From Pseudomonadota bacterium (GTDB lineage Bacteria; Bdellovibrionota; FAC87; UBA2466): DNA of 64,000 nt. Under the pieces are notes generated by a model. That model did not search any database and was not told the DNA's origin. It saw only the letters and a program-made list of their open reading frames with translations. Positions 1 through 9,309 of the stretch are shown piece by piece (position 1 is the stretch's first letter; the number at the start of each line of letters is the position of its first letter). The stretch lies in contig JAYSWN010000069.1 in NCBI GenBank assembly GCA_043718025.1, forward strand, positions 3,698 to 67,697, in the 5' to 3' direction. The position numbers and the translations under genes are program-made.

Positions 1-501
1 AGGCCTTTCGCCATTCCCACCAGACTCATTTGTTCATCCGCAGAAATCTCTTTCTTACCCATGTGCACGACGTCGAACAAACAGTCATGCTTTCTTACCA
101 GCACCAGGGTCAGGAAGATATCCCGGCTACCCTCTCGCGCCCGCGCCTTAGTGAGCAACCCTTCGCCGCCGGCCACCGCAATTGGTTCCTGAGTCAGCAC
201 TTTAACTTCACGATTGCCGATCAATAATTGCTTTGCCATTACCGTTAGTGGCGCCCTCACCCAACGACGACAGGACGAGGAAACGGCCACGCGGCTTCCC
301 GAGGGCAATTCGAACGCGCGATCGGCGTCACGGTTTTTCATCGCCCGCCACTCTTTTGGTGTTTCAACGGAGAATTTTTCGGCCCGATCAATCTCGGCGC
401 CCCCGCCCATGAGGGAACAACGACCGTGCAAAAAAAGCATGCCCAAACACACCGCAGTGGTAAGAAGCAAGCGTATTGAGGTTTTGCGGGAATAGACCAT
501 T
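1..501 (-). CDS. Hypothetical lipoprotein, 5'-partial at the window edge. It is not in the supplied ORF track because its stop codon lies outside the window.
   Basis: Manual minus-strand translation from an ATG at 499-501 runs with no stop down to position 1. The N-terminus is MVYSRKTSIRLLLTTAVCLGMLFLHGRCSL, a signal peptide with a Cys lipobox. The plus-strand ORFs 30..227 and 214..495 are antisense to it. Confidence 0.45.
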
Positions 502-593
502 TTCAACTTAATTGAGTTCGTTTCATTGCCTCTTCTTATCGGCAGAATGGGCGGAACTTTCTCATCAAATTGCAAACAATCATGCGCAGCGCG

Positions 594-1118
594 CTACAAA
601 AGTACGATGGCTCCAAAGCCAATAAACTCGTGACTCAACTCAGCGCGTAAACTCACCATCTCAAACAGACCCCATAGTGCGCCGATGCCGAAGCGGGGGT
701 AAAAGAGCGAAGAAGCACTGCTGGGGCCCGCGGGAATCGGGCTGTAAGAGGTGCCGGTGACAACTCCGCCTAGGCCGCCCAAGCCATAAAATGTCCAATC
801 CAAGTCTTTGATAAAATCCCATCGCAGGTGACAGCTATATTGGAACGCCGCTCCGCCAGCGATAAATAACGGACCGAACTGACCTTCGATGAAAAGCTGA
901 TTATTGATGTCATCGGCGAAGCCGCGGTCCAACACCTTTACGGCGGCGGTGGCCTGAAACGAAGCCCCCACTCGGCTATCGACGACGCCAATACCACCCA
1001 TCGCCCCCAAGTGGAATTTTTGCGTCGGGGCCTCGCCCTTAAACGCTTTTTCGAGCGCAAAGGCTTTTGTTCCCAAGAGTAAAGTGACCACCACCAGGTT
1101 TTGAAAAGTGCGCCTCAT
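594..1118 (-). CDS. Small outer-membrane beta-barrel (porin-family) protein
   Basis: N-terminal signal peptide (LVVVTLLLGTKAFA). The rest is Gly/aromatic-rich with the alternating pattern typical of roughly 170-aa OMP beta-barrels. Confidence 0.5.
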   Translation of the reverse strand: MRRTFQNLVVVTLLLGTKAFALEKAFKGEAPTQKFHLGAMGGIGVVDSRVGASFQATAAVKVLDRGFADDINNQLFIEGQFGPLFIAGGAAFQYSCHLRWDFIKDLDWTFYGLGGLGGVVTGTSYSPIPAGPSSASSLFYPRFGIGALWGLFEMVSLRAELSHEFIGFGAIVLL

Positions 1119-1121
1119 TTA

Positions 1122-1664
1122 TTATTCCTCCATGGAAAAGATGCCGTCTAAATTGCGATAACGTTCGGCCAAATCCAGGCCATATCCCACCAAAAACTTA
1201 TCTTCGACCTCTAGCCCCACGTAATCGACCGCCACGTGAATTTCACGACGTGAAGGCTTGCTAAGCAATGCCGCAATCTTCACGGTGCGCGGTTGCTGCG
1301 AACGAATGCGCTTTGCCAAAAAGTCGAGTGTTCTGCCAGAATCTACAATTTCGTCGAGCAACAGTACATGGCGACCTTCGGGACTGCATTCAATGTCCTT
1401 CAAAATTCGTACCTGGCCGCTAGTCTGCGTGCCCGCCCCGTAACTGGTCAGGCGCACAAAATCTAATTCCATTGGAATCGTGATGTGGCGCAGCAGATCG
1501 GCGCCGAAAAACATGGCCCCCTTTAGGGTAACCACGGCCAGCACCGATTCATCGGCCTCTAATATTTTTTTGAAATCGTCGGAAATTTTTTTTCCGAGTT
1601 CTGCGTTAATCTCTTCGATTTTTTTTCGGTCGAGAAAGGGGACCAGACGCCGAGGTTGGTTCAT
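1122..1664 (-). CDS. hpt: Hypoxanthine-guanine phosphoribosyltransferase
   Basis: PRPP-binding motif VLLLDEIVDSGRTL. Length of 180 aa and overall similarity fit HGPRT. Confidence 0.9.
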   Translation of the reverse strand: MNQPRRLVPFLDRKKIEEINAELGKKISDDFKKILEADESVLAVVTLKGAMFFGADLLRHITIPMELDFVRLTSYGAGTQTSGQVRILKDIECSPEGRHVLLLDEIVDSGRTLDFLAKRIRSQQPRTVKIAALLSKPSRREIHVAVDYVGLEVEDKFLVGYGLDLAERYRNLDGIFSMEE

Positions 1665-1665
1665 A

Positions 1666-2127
1666 TTATTTACTCCGTAAATTTTCGATGGCCGCCTTGA
1701 TCTTTCCCATTCCGGAAAGCCCCTTAGAAGCCAAAAATTGAGTCACTTTTTTACCGCCCAAAGGCAAAATCCCCAGGTAGCCATTTCGTAAAAAACCAAA
1801 GATACCCACGTGAAGTTTGGTCCTAATCTTTAAAAGCGGGTCGCTATTAGCCATGAGCTTTAGCAGACCAACGCCGATATCCCCGACATCGTCGGCCTGC
1901 ATTGAGGCCAGCGCTTCAATGCTGGCCTCCCCTAAAAATACGGATACGTCAGGAGCTTGCGGAGGGGCCGCACAAATTTCGACTCCGATAGAGATCTTTT
2001 TCAGGGTGAGGATGGTGGCGTCGGGCAATACAATTTTAACTTCGACCCCGGTGCGTAGCGGGCCCACGGCCTCGCGACAAAGCGGACGATCGAAAAAAGC
2101 TTGAAGTCTCTCTAGCTCTGCGGCCAT
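1666..2127 (-). CDS. SCP2 (sterol-carrier-like) domain protein
   Basis: C-terminal QFLASKGLSGMGKIKAAIENL resembles the SCP2 family signature (QGKLKITGNMGLAMKL). Confidence 0.4.
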   Translation of the reverse strand: MAAELERLQAFFDRPLCREAVGPLRTGVEVKIVLPDATILTLKKISIGVEICAAPPQAPDVSVFLGEASIEALASMQADDVGDIGVGLLKLMANSDPLLKIRTKLHVGIFGFLRNGYLGILPLGGKKVTQFLASKGLSGMGKIKAAIENLRSK

Positions 2128-2167
2128 GACCCGAAGGTATAGCCTCGAAACAGAAGCCCTTCAATTT

Positions 2168-2623
2168 TTATTCGGGAATGGGTAGTTCACACTTAGCACT
2201 TAGGGTCGGAACTTGCTGGAGGAAAGCAGTACCCGTGTTGTCGGTAGGGGTGAGCCAAAGCGTCGAAAATTTTTCTAGCTCTTCTAGAGTAAGCTTGCCC
2301 ACCACAAACCCGCTACCAATCTTGAGTAGCTCAACCGCGTGATCTAGGGCCTTAACTTCTGGAGCCTGGCTGACAACGTGCACCTGAATAGTCGATGTGG
2401 TGCTGACGGTAGTTGCGGGAAGAACTGCCACTTCGAAAATATTTTTGGTTTCAGTCTCCAAAACCAGCACCTCGAAAGTTCCGAGGCTTCCTACGCAAAC
2501 GGTTTGGCCGGTTCGGGCCTCCGATGCCAACGGCATAACGCCGCTAGCCACTTTACCGTTCATTTTGGCGCAAGAAGCGAAGGTGAGAAGTAGAAACCAG
2601 AAAAAGGGGGAAAATCGCTGCAT
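2168..2623 (-). CDS. Hypothetical lipoprotein
   Basis: Signal peptide with lipobox (LLLTFASC). No recognisable domain. Confidence 0.5.
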   Translation of the reverse strand: MQRFSPFFWFLLLTFASCAKMNGKVASGVMPLASEARTGQTVCVGSLGTFEVLVLETETKNIFEVAVLPATTVSTTSTIQVHVVSQAPEVKALDHAVELLKIGSGFVVGKLTLEELEKFSTLWLTPTDNTGTAFLQQVPTLSAKCELPIPE

Positions 2624-2836
2624 GCCCCTAACTAGAGCAGGGGCTATGCCAGCGCCTACGGCCTCAATTTTACTTGCCGCCTTGTGAGCCTTGAAAACGA
2701 GTTAATCACGAACCGCTGGAAAAATTAAATTCAACTGTTAATACAGATAGTTAATTAGCTGTATACCGTTAGTGCACAGACCGCAGAATCGTATGCTTTT
2801 TCAACAATTTTTAGGCTCAAATTTAGCGCACTAAAC

Positions 2837-4243
2837 TTAGACAGCTTTTTTGATCGGGTCCGTGGCCTCTTTACCAGCCTGACCCCGCCGAGTTTGGTAG
2901 GTGAGCTCTTCGCTGCCAAGCACCATACGGTCCGACCACTCCACACCTTGCATAAAAGAGTGATCTTGGTTGGACACTTCGTATTTCCACGCGCCAAAAC
3001 GGCCACGGCTATAAAGACCGTGTTTTTCCAACTCTGGCTGGACGCGGTTCAAAATCGAGTCACGCTCAAGCGATGGCACCGGGTATCCGTACGGCGCGCG
3101 AAATTGAAATTGGCTGACAATCTCATCGCGCGACGAGATTAGGCCGGTAGTGCGGCAACCTTCGATTGTTTCCTGGATCAAAGTGTTGGGGTCAACCGGT
3201 TTGTACTTCGATTCTGAAACCTCAAGCATCAAAGACCACTGGTTTTTAGGATCGGGAACGTTGTTCGGCGAATAGTGGGAAAAAACCGTAACCCGATAAA
3301 ACGGACAATTTGCTTCGGGAAAGTACATCCAGCATTTTTTGGAAAGAGCGGCGGGAATTTTCCCTTTAAGCCCCAGTCCAATCACATTCGTTGACGAATG
3401 AAAAAGCTGGTTCGCCATTTTAGTCACCTGTGGATCCAGCCCCTTCACCTTTTCGCAAAACTGGTCGAGCGGCATGGTGTTAAGCAGTTCGGTGTAACCA
3501 ATGGTGCGGCCATCTTTTAAAGAAACCAACTTGGCTTTTGGATCGATACCGGTAACCACCGAGCCGGTAAGAATGCGATCGCGCCCCACTCGATTCGCCA
3601 CGCTTTCCCAAATCGAACCGGTGCCGCCATTTTTTGGAAAATGAAACGTGTTGTTCGGGCCCCACGAGACGTCGGCCTTTTGCTGAATAATATTTCCCAA
3701 AATCCGTTTCACATCCGGAACGCTGACTCTTTGACCAATCCAGCCATAAGACATGAGTTCGGGCGGCGTGGCCCACACTTTAAAATTGTAGGGCAACATA
3801 AAAATATCGGCGACCCCTTGCCCGAAAGAGGCCAGAATCCATTCCCTAAAATTGGCCGGCTTTTCGGCGCCGGGCTTGATGGTAAGTAATGGCTCCACGC
3901 ACTTCCAGGTGTCTTCCTGAGGGAGGTAGCGCAAATTATTTTGGAACGGATAGGGCACAAAGCGATCTTTGACCCAAACCCAGCTCTCCCGTTCGTGGTG
4001 AAGCCATTCTTTCCGCGGAACGGCCGTTTCCATTGCCTCATCAAAGTAGGTGTAGTGCGAAAACTGGACGTGACCACCGATGTCCCACACAAACCCTTTC
4101 TTATCGGTAATGCTTTTTGCGAGGCCGCCGACCTGAGGATCACTTTCTAAAATCACAAAATCGGTGATGCCGTGGTCAAGTAGGCGAATGGCGGCGCCCA
4201 GGCCAGTGGGTCCGGCGCCGATGATTACGTAGTTTTTTTTCAT
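2837..4243 (-). CDS. glf: FAD-dependent UDP-galactopyranose mutase, eukaryote-type (long ~470-510 aa form)
   Basis: N-terminal Rossmann motif VIIGAGPTGLGAA. Blocks that I recall as conserved in Aspergillus/Leishmania UGM are present: DIGGHVQFSHYTYFDE, PYPFQNNL, MLPYNFKVWA, KCWMYFPEANCPFYRVTVFSHYSP and SRGRFGAWKYEVSNQDHSF. Confidence 0.75.
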   Translation of the reverse strand: MKKNYVIIGAGPTGLGAAIRLLDHGITDFVILESDPQVGGLAKSITDKKGFVWDIGGHVQFSHYTYFDEAMETAVPRKEWLHHERESWVWVKDRFVPYPFQNNLRYLPQEDTWKCVEPLLTIKPGAEKPANFREWILASFGQGVADIFMLPYNFKVWATPPELMSYGWIGQRVSVPDVKRILGNIIQQKADVSWGPNNTFHFPKNGGTGSIWESVANRVGRDRILTGSVVTGIDPKAKLVSLKDGRTIGYTELLNTMPLDQFCEKVKGLDPQVTKMANQLFHSSTNVIGLGLKGKIPAALSKKCWMYFPEANCPFYRVTVFSHYSPNNVPDPKNQWSLMLEVSESKYKPVDPNTLIQETIEGCRTTGLISSRDEIVSQFQFRAPYGYPVPSLERDSILNRVQPELEKHGLYSRGRFGAWKYEVSNQDHSFMQGVEWSDRMVLGSEELTYQTRRGQAGKEATDPIKKAV

Positions 4244-4256
4244 GAACAGGTTTCTG

Positions 4257-5045
4257 TTAGGCAGAGGCTTTTTCAGCCCGCTCGGTATTTTTAGGAATAG
4301 GGAGTTCCGCTAAATGCTTTTTCCACACCGGTGCAGCACGACGAAAGGCCCGAATCTCACTAAAGCACCGGTTGCACACATCGAACAGACGTCGGTTAAG
4401 GGTGACCACCCCGGTTCGGCGTTCCCGGTGTGAAACGGGCATTTCCAGAAGGGTGCCCTTCGACTTAGCGGCCAAGATCGATAAGAAAATGTTAGGAATA
4501 AATACCCCGCGCGGCACCAGCGTCAAAAGACCGGCAAGAAAACGAGACTGCATCAAGCGAAACGGCACATTGGCATCGCGAATTTCAGCGCCAAAAAATA
4601 CGAGCAATAAGACCGCATTGAGTCTTGAAATCACTATCCGCACCAAGGGGTCATGGCGCACTTGACGGTACCCGAGAATAAAAGGGGCTTCGTACCGGGC
4701 ATCCCACAGCTTGCCAAAATCTTCGTGGTTAAATTGATCGTCACTATCGGTTTGAAAAACAAACTCGGGCCCGAGTCGCAACGCCTGCTCGTAGCCATTT
4801 CGCACCGCCTTGCCGTGGCCGGCGTTCTCCTGATGAACCACTTTTAAGCGGTGTTCCTTACGCGCCATCGCGTTCAAGACTTCGGCGGTATTATCGCGGG
4901 AGCCATCGTTGACGATGAGAAGTATCCCGTCGTAGGCCGACGCCACGCTTAACCAAGCGCGGGCAACCTTCTCAATGCACGCCGCTTCGTTGTAGGCCGG
5001 CATGACGATCACTAGATTTGGCGCGTTATTTTCTTGAAGTTTCAT
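4257..5045 (-). CDS. Family 2 glycosyltransferase of the polyprenol-phosphate sugar synthase type (Dpm1/GtrB/ArnC-like)
   Basis: GT-A fold N-terminus: VIVMPAYNEA, then the DGSRD (DxD-like) motif and the QTDSDDQ acidic motif. It lies immediately upstream of glf in a probable two-gene operon. Confidence 0.8.
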   Translation of the reverse strand: MKLQENNAPNLVIVMPAYNEAACIEKVARAWLSVASAYDGILLIVNDGSRDNTAEVLNAMARKEHRLKVVHQENAGHGKAVRNGYEQALRLGPEFVFQTDSDDQFNHEDFGKLWDARYEAPFILGYRQVRHDPLVRIVISRLNAVLLLVFFGAEIRDANVPFRLMQSRFLAGLLTLVPRGVFIPNIFLSILAAKSKGTLLEMPVSHRERRTGVVTLNRRLFDVCNRCFSEIRAFRRAAPVWKKHLAELPIPKNTERAEKASA

Positions 5046-5141
5046 TACGTTTATCGCTCCGTAAAATCTCGTAACGTTCCTAAGTTTATTGCAGAAACAT
5101 TCCGTTAAGTAAGAAACGAACCTCGGTAAAATAAAACCCTT

Positions 5142-7112
5142 ATGCAGTCCTTAACTCCGCATTCCGAACTCCCTACAAATCCAGCGGCATCGTTGCTGAG
5201 ACCCAAGCAGGGGCTAAAAGCGCTTGCCCTATTGATTCTATTTTTGGGAATTGGATTGCGAAGTGTGAATCTTGGAGTTCGTCCGTTACACCACGACGAG
5301 TCAATCCATGCGACGTTCAGCGCTCAGTGGGCCGAATCTCCAGATCGATCATTCTACAAGTACGACCCCACGTATCACGGGCCGTTTTTATATTGTATCA
5401 CCCGTTGGATTTTTCCACTCGTTGGCATCGGCACCGCCGAGGCCCGGCTGTTTCCCCTTTTGTTTGGTCTCTTAAGCTTGTTCTCGTCGTTGCTATTCTG
5501 CCGCTGGATCGGCGTGGCGGGAGCGGCGGTAACCTTTTCACTTCTCGCACTCAGCCCACTGATGGTCTACTACTCACGCTTTCTTGCTCACGACATGCCG
5601 AGCCTCTTTTTTGCCTCGCTCATGGCTTACGGCGTTCTTCGATTCTACGATGGCGTCGCAAACAAAAATTTTCGTGAGGTTCGTAATGCATTTCTGCTGA
5701 CGGCGGTGGCGCTCGGAGTGCTCTTTTCAGTAAAGACCGTGGCCGTACTCTATGCGTTTATCTTTCTCACTTTTTTTGGCTTCGAACTGGCTTTACGTAA
5801 GTGGAGCCAACAAACTGCATTCTGGCCAATTGAGTGGAAAGCTTTTTCCCTCTGGGCAATGCCGGCCATCCTCGGCATTTTAAGCTTTTCAGTGGCATAC
5901 GGAATTTTTCAAACTTCATTCTTCAATAATCCGGCGGCCTTTTTCGACGGCATCCTCGGAAAAAATTTATCCTACTGGTGGAATCAGCATAAAATTGAAC
6001 GACTGGTGGGACCCACCACTTTTCACCTTAGAAGTTTACTGCTGCACGAATTCCCCGCGTGCTTGATCCTAAGCATCGCCCTATTCCGTATCACCCTGCG
6101 TTGGCGGCATGGAAAATGGGCGTTAGCGGCGCTATTCGTTCTTTTTTTGGCCACCGTACCTTTTTCTTGGAGTCTAGAGCGCGACCTTCCCGGCTTTTTG
6201 CTCTCTTTATTCAAAGCGGCAAAGATGAAATCGTCGCCCGCCATTTTTCTCTACTCAATGTGTTTTGTGTTTGGAATTTTGGGCAGCTATCAACTGTGGA
6301 AAGAAAAACGCTTGCCGACCGCATTTTTAAACTATTGGACCTTCGCTTCGCTAGCCATTTACAGTTACGCCGGCGAAAAAGCGCCTTGGCTTACTCTGCA
6401 CGTTGCCTTTCCGGCGGTACTATTGTGCGGAGGCCTCCTTTCTCAACGCTTCACCGAAATGGCCGCCGCATTTAGACTATCGTGGCGGCTTCCGCTCGCT
6501 AGGCGCGTTGTGGCCGCCTCCTTTTTACTTTTACTTCTGTACCAAACACGCCTGGCCTATTTCGTTTCGCACGTGACCGCGGGCAAACCTACCGATCTTT
6601 TAAGTCAGGTGCACAACAGCGAAGATGTAAATCGCGTTTTAAATTGGATGCAACGCGAAGCCTTTGAGTCTGGCGAAAAAAATGAAGGCCTCACCATCGC
6701 CCTTGCTGGCAATGTAACCTGGGCGTTCTATTTCAAGTTCATTGAATTTGGATTCAAAAAGTTCGTTCTCGACGCTAAACAGGTAACCGGCAACGAGCGC
6801 TTTATTGTTAGTGACGAAGAAAACTCCAAGGCACTATCGGCCAAACTAGAGCCGTTGGGTTACCAAAAGATCCAGTACACCCACTCCGGATGGTGGGTAC
6901 CCGAACATAGTAAAGTGGGCTGGGGTGATTGGGTTGAATATGCCCTGTTTCGAAAACCAACGGGGGCGGTGGGAACCACAAAAATGTTTGTTTTTCACAA
7001 GCCAGCCGTCCATCCGACGCTTGCGCCCGTTCCGGCCTCCTCCCCGGGGGTTACCACGATTACCGGCCCACTGCGCGACACGGCCGCCAAAACCGTTTTG
7101 CCCACAAAATGA
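5142..7112 (+). CDS. Polytopic membrane protein resembling GT-C glycosyltransferases (PMT_2/ArnT-like N-terminus; resembles the TIGR03663 family)
   Basis: More than ten predicted TM helices. The first periplasmic loop carries HHDESIHA (the DE dipeptide) and TYHGPFLY (the HGP tripeptide), the hallmarks I recall for TIGR03663. Its stop overlaps the start of the next gene (ATGA). Confidence 0.65.
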   Translation: MQSLTPHSELPTNPAASLLRPKQGLKALALLILFLGIGLRSVNLGVRPLHHDESIHATFSAQWAESPDRSFYKYDPTYHGPFLYCITRWIFPLVGIGTAEARLFPLLFGLLSLFSSLLFCRWIGVAGAAVTFSLLALSPLMVYYSRFLAHDMPSLFFASLMAYGVLRFYDGVANKNFREVRNAFLLTAVALGVLFSVKTVAVLYAFIFLTFFGFELALRKWSQQTAFWPIEWKAFSLWAMPAILGILSFSVAYGIFQTSFFNNPAAFFDGILGKNLSYWWNQHKIERLVGPTTFHLRSLLLHEFPACLILSIALFRITLRWRHGKWALAALFVLFLATVPFSWSLERDLPGFLLSLFKAAKMKSSPAIFLYSMCFVFGILGSYQLWKEKRLPTAFLNYWTFASLAIYSYAGEKAPWLTLHVAFPAVLLCGGLLSQRFTEMAAAFRLSWRLPLARRVVAASFLLLLLYQTRLAYFVSHVTAGKPTDLLSQVHNSEDVNRVLNWMQREAFESGEKNEGLTIALAGNVTWAFYFKFIEFGFKKFVLDAKQVTGNERFIVSDEENSKALSAKLEPLGYQKIQYTHSGWWVPEHSKVGWGDWVEYALFRKPTGAVGTTKMFVFHKPAVHPTLAPVPASSPGVTTITGPLRDTAAKTVLPTK

Positions 7113-9238
7113 ACGCCATTTTTCAACACCTCTTCGGCATTCTGGGTTGGTCGGCGTTATCGCTTATTTTTGGCGCCGCCTGGTTTCCCTTGTTTGCGGC
7201 ACGCCTCTCACCTGACTTAGCCTGGCCGCTGTGCCGGTTGAGTGCCACCATTCTAGTTACCAGCTTTCATCTGTGGCCTGCCTTTTTGGGACGCGTTGCG
7301 CTTACTCCCTGGATTACGCTAGCTATCGTGGCGGTCATCGCCATCGGCACTCATTCATTCACGCGAATAACCGTAAAAGAAAATCTAAAACGTTTTTTTT
7401 CGAAAGAGAATTTGCGGCACGAAGGCTTTATTCTTGGTGTTTGTTTTCTGTTTTTACTGATCGTGCTGTTCATCCCCAACGTCGCGAGCTCGGGCGAGCG
7501 ACTGCGCGATACCGGTTATTGGGTTGCGCTCAACACCCAGAAGAAATTTCCGCTCCTTGACCCCTGGCTATCCGGAGTGAGCGTTCCTTACTATCTGCTG
7601 GGATACTTGGCCGACTTGGAAGTGTTTCAATTTTTGCCGGTCTCAACCCTTATCCAATATAACTTAGGATTGATTGTCGCCCCCGCGCTCTACGCGTTTG
7701 CCTTACGCATGTTTTTTCGTTTGGTCTGGCCGGGCTCCAGGCTGGCCGGAGCGGCAGCGATGTGCCTACTGCTGGCCTGCAATTTTCGTAGCGTGGAGCA
7801 GGCCATCTCCCATATTTTTAGAAATGCCCCCTTTCAGTTCTGGGACTCTTCACGCGTTATTCCGGGAACGATCAACGAGTTCCCTCTCTGGACTGCTTCT
7901 TTGGGAGACTTACACGCCCATCTAATGAGTTTGTGGATTTTGCCAACCCTATTAGCGGTAGGAATCTACTTCCTATTCTTGAAACAGAAAGAAAGGGGAC
8001 TCCCTCAAGGTTTCTCCTTAGCTGAGCTAAGCATTTTTTCCTTTTTGACTTCGTGGTCCTACGGCATGAACACCTGGGAATTTCCGATTATCATTGCGGT
8101 GAGTCTTATTTCTATCGTGGGTAGCAGCCGTAATCAGGGTAAAAAACAGATCCTAAAATATTTGGCGTTCTTCGGGCTGGCCACGATGGTGCTTTGTCTA
8201 CCCTACGCCCTAACTTCGGCTAGCGGCCCCACCTCATTTTCATTCGTTAACCAAAGAACAAGCGCCTGGCCGATGTTTCAGGTCTTTGGTCTTTTCTTTA
8301 TCCCGCTCATGACTTTGAGCGCGAAAAGAGCCTACGACTCCGGAAAGAGAGAGTTGTTGGCGGCAATGGGACTGGCGGTGACTTTAATCTTCATTCTAGA
8401 CTCAGGGCTGGCCATGGTTACTACGGTTAGCTTCTTTCTCGGTACGACGCTTCTTTGGCGTCGGGAGAGTGAACGGATATTGGCGTTAATGGCCTACGGC
8501 GGGCTCTTACTCGTTGGATTTTGCGAGGTGGCCCACCTAAAAGATGCCTTCGGCGGTGATCTGGCCCGCATGAACACGGTGTTCAAATTTTACGTTCCCG
8601 CATTTACGTTGTTGGGAGTTTCGGCATTGCTGGCCTGGAAAGAGCTGCTGCCTTTATTTTCGACAACTCGGTTACAATGGTGCGCATTCGGCGGTTTAGC
8701 GTTTTGGTTAGTGGCCAGCAGTTCATATTTGGCCTTCGGATTGCGAAGCCGCACCAACGGTTTCCGGGTGCCGGCAAACTTCGATGGCTATGGCGAGCTG
8801 CGCAACTATTCCCCCGACGACGCCGTCGTGATCAACTGGATGGCCGAAGAAGTAAGACGGGGCGAGCTGAAGGGGACTTTGCTTGAGGTTATTGGCGGGG
8901 CCTACAGTTGGACCGGTCGGGCCGCCTCATTTACTGGTCTTGAAACGTACGCCGCGTGGGAAGGTTATAGCTACTGGTCTCACACCGGAAACGACGGTTT
9001 AATGCGAAGTCGCAGCAAAACAGCAAAAATGATTTTTGACGGCAGTTACTTCAACGCCGCGCCGTCCTGTGGCGATTTCACCGAAAAACTCCGCCAGTTG
9101 AAAATCAATTACGTCTTCGTGGGCAAAGAAATGAAGACTAACGTTGCTCCCTATACGAGAGATAAAATGGACACGTGCCTACTCCCTCTTCGGCGCCAAG
9201 GCATCGCCGCCCTGTACTCCGTTCCCGCGACCCGTTAA
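7109..9238 (+). CDS. Large polytopic membrane protein, 'YYY-domain' type (resembles TIGR03662/DUF2298), partner of the upstream GT-C-like protein
   Basis: 709 aa, highly hydrophobic with many TM segments. VPYYLLGY tyrosine motif, plus the conserved-looking INEFPLWTASLGDLHAHL loop. It is translationally coupled to the preceding gene. Confidence 0.55.
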   Translation: MNAIFQHLFGILGWSALSLIFGAAWFPLFAARLSPDLAWPLCRLSATILVTSFHLWPAFLGRVALTPWITLAIVAVIAIGTHSFTRITVKENLKRFFSKENLRHEGFILGVCFLFLLIVLFIPNVASSGERLRDTGYWVALNTQKKFPLLDPWLSGVSVPYYLLGYLADLEVFQFLPVSTLIQYNLGLIVAPALYAFALRMFFRLVWPGSRLAGAAAMCLLLACNFRSVEQAISHIFRNAPFQFWDSSRVIPGTINEFPLWTASLGDLHAHLMSLWILPTLLAVGIYFLFLKQKERGLPQGFSLAELSIFSFLTSWSYGMNTWEFPIIIAVSLISIVGSSRNQGKKQILKYLAFFGLATMVLCLPYALTSASGPTSFSFVNQRTSAWPMFQVFGLFFIPLMTLSAKRAYDSGKRELLAAMGLAVTLIFILDSGLAMVTTVSFFLGTTLLWRRESERILALMAYGGLLLVGFCEVAHLKDAFGGDLARMNTVFKFYVPAFTLLGVSALLAWKELLPLFSTTRLQWCAFGGLAFWLVASSSYLAFGLRSRTNGFRVPANFDGYGELRNYSPDDAVVINWMAEEVRRGELKGTLLEVIGGAYSWTGRAASFTGLETYAAWEGYSYWSHTGNDGLMRSRSKTAKMIFDGSYFNAAPSCGDFTEKLRQLKINYVFVGKEMKTNVAPYTRDKMDTCLLPLRRQGIAALYSVPATR

Positions 9239-9309
9239 GAAACGCCCCACTTTCTTCATTTAGCGCACTTGGCGCAGGAGCTATGACAAGGATAGAATAG
9301 AAAACCACC

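Noticed and set aside
30-495. Plus-strand ORFs 30..227 and 214..495
   Set aside because: They are antisense to a longer uninterrupted minus-strand lipoprotein ORF (1..501) and have no recognisable features.
2755-4150. Short ORFs on both strands nested inside the UGM gene (for example 2755..3006, 3480..3776, 3641..3889, 3709..4143, 3941..4150)
   Set aside because: They overlap a well-supported 468-aa gene in other frames and have a low-complexity, Arg/Pro-rich composition typical of shadow ORFs. The same reasoning applies to most ORFs under 120 aa that overlap annotated genes throughout the window.
5142-7112. Calling the GT-C-like protein ArnT (an Ara4N transferase)
   Set aside because: There are no arnABCD genes nearby. 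The neighbours are DprE1/E2 and a UGM, and the motifs match the TIGR03663-type protein better.
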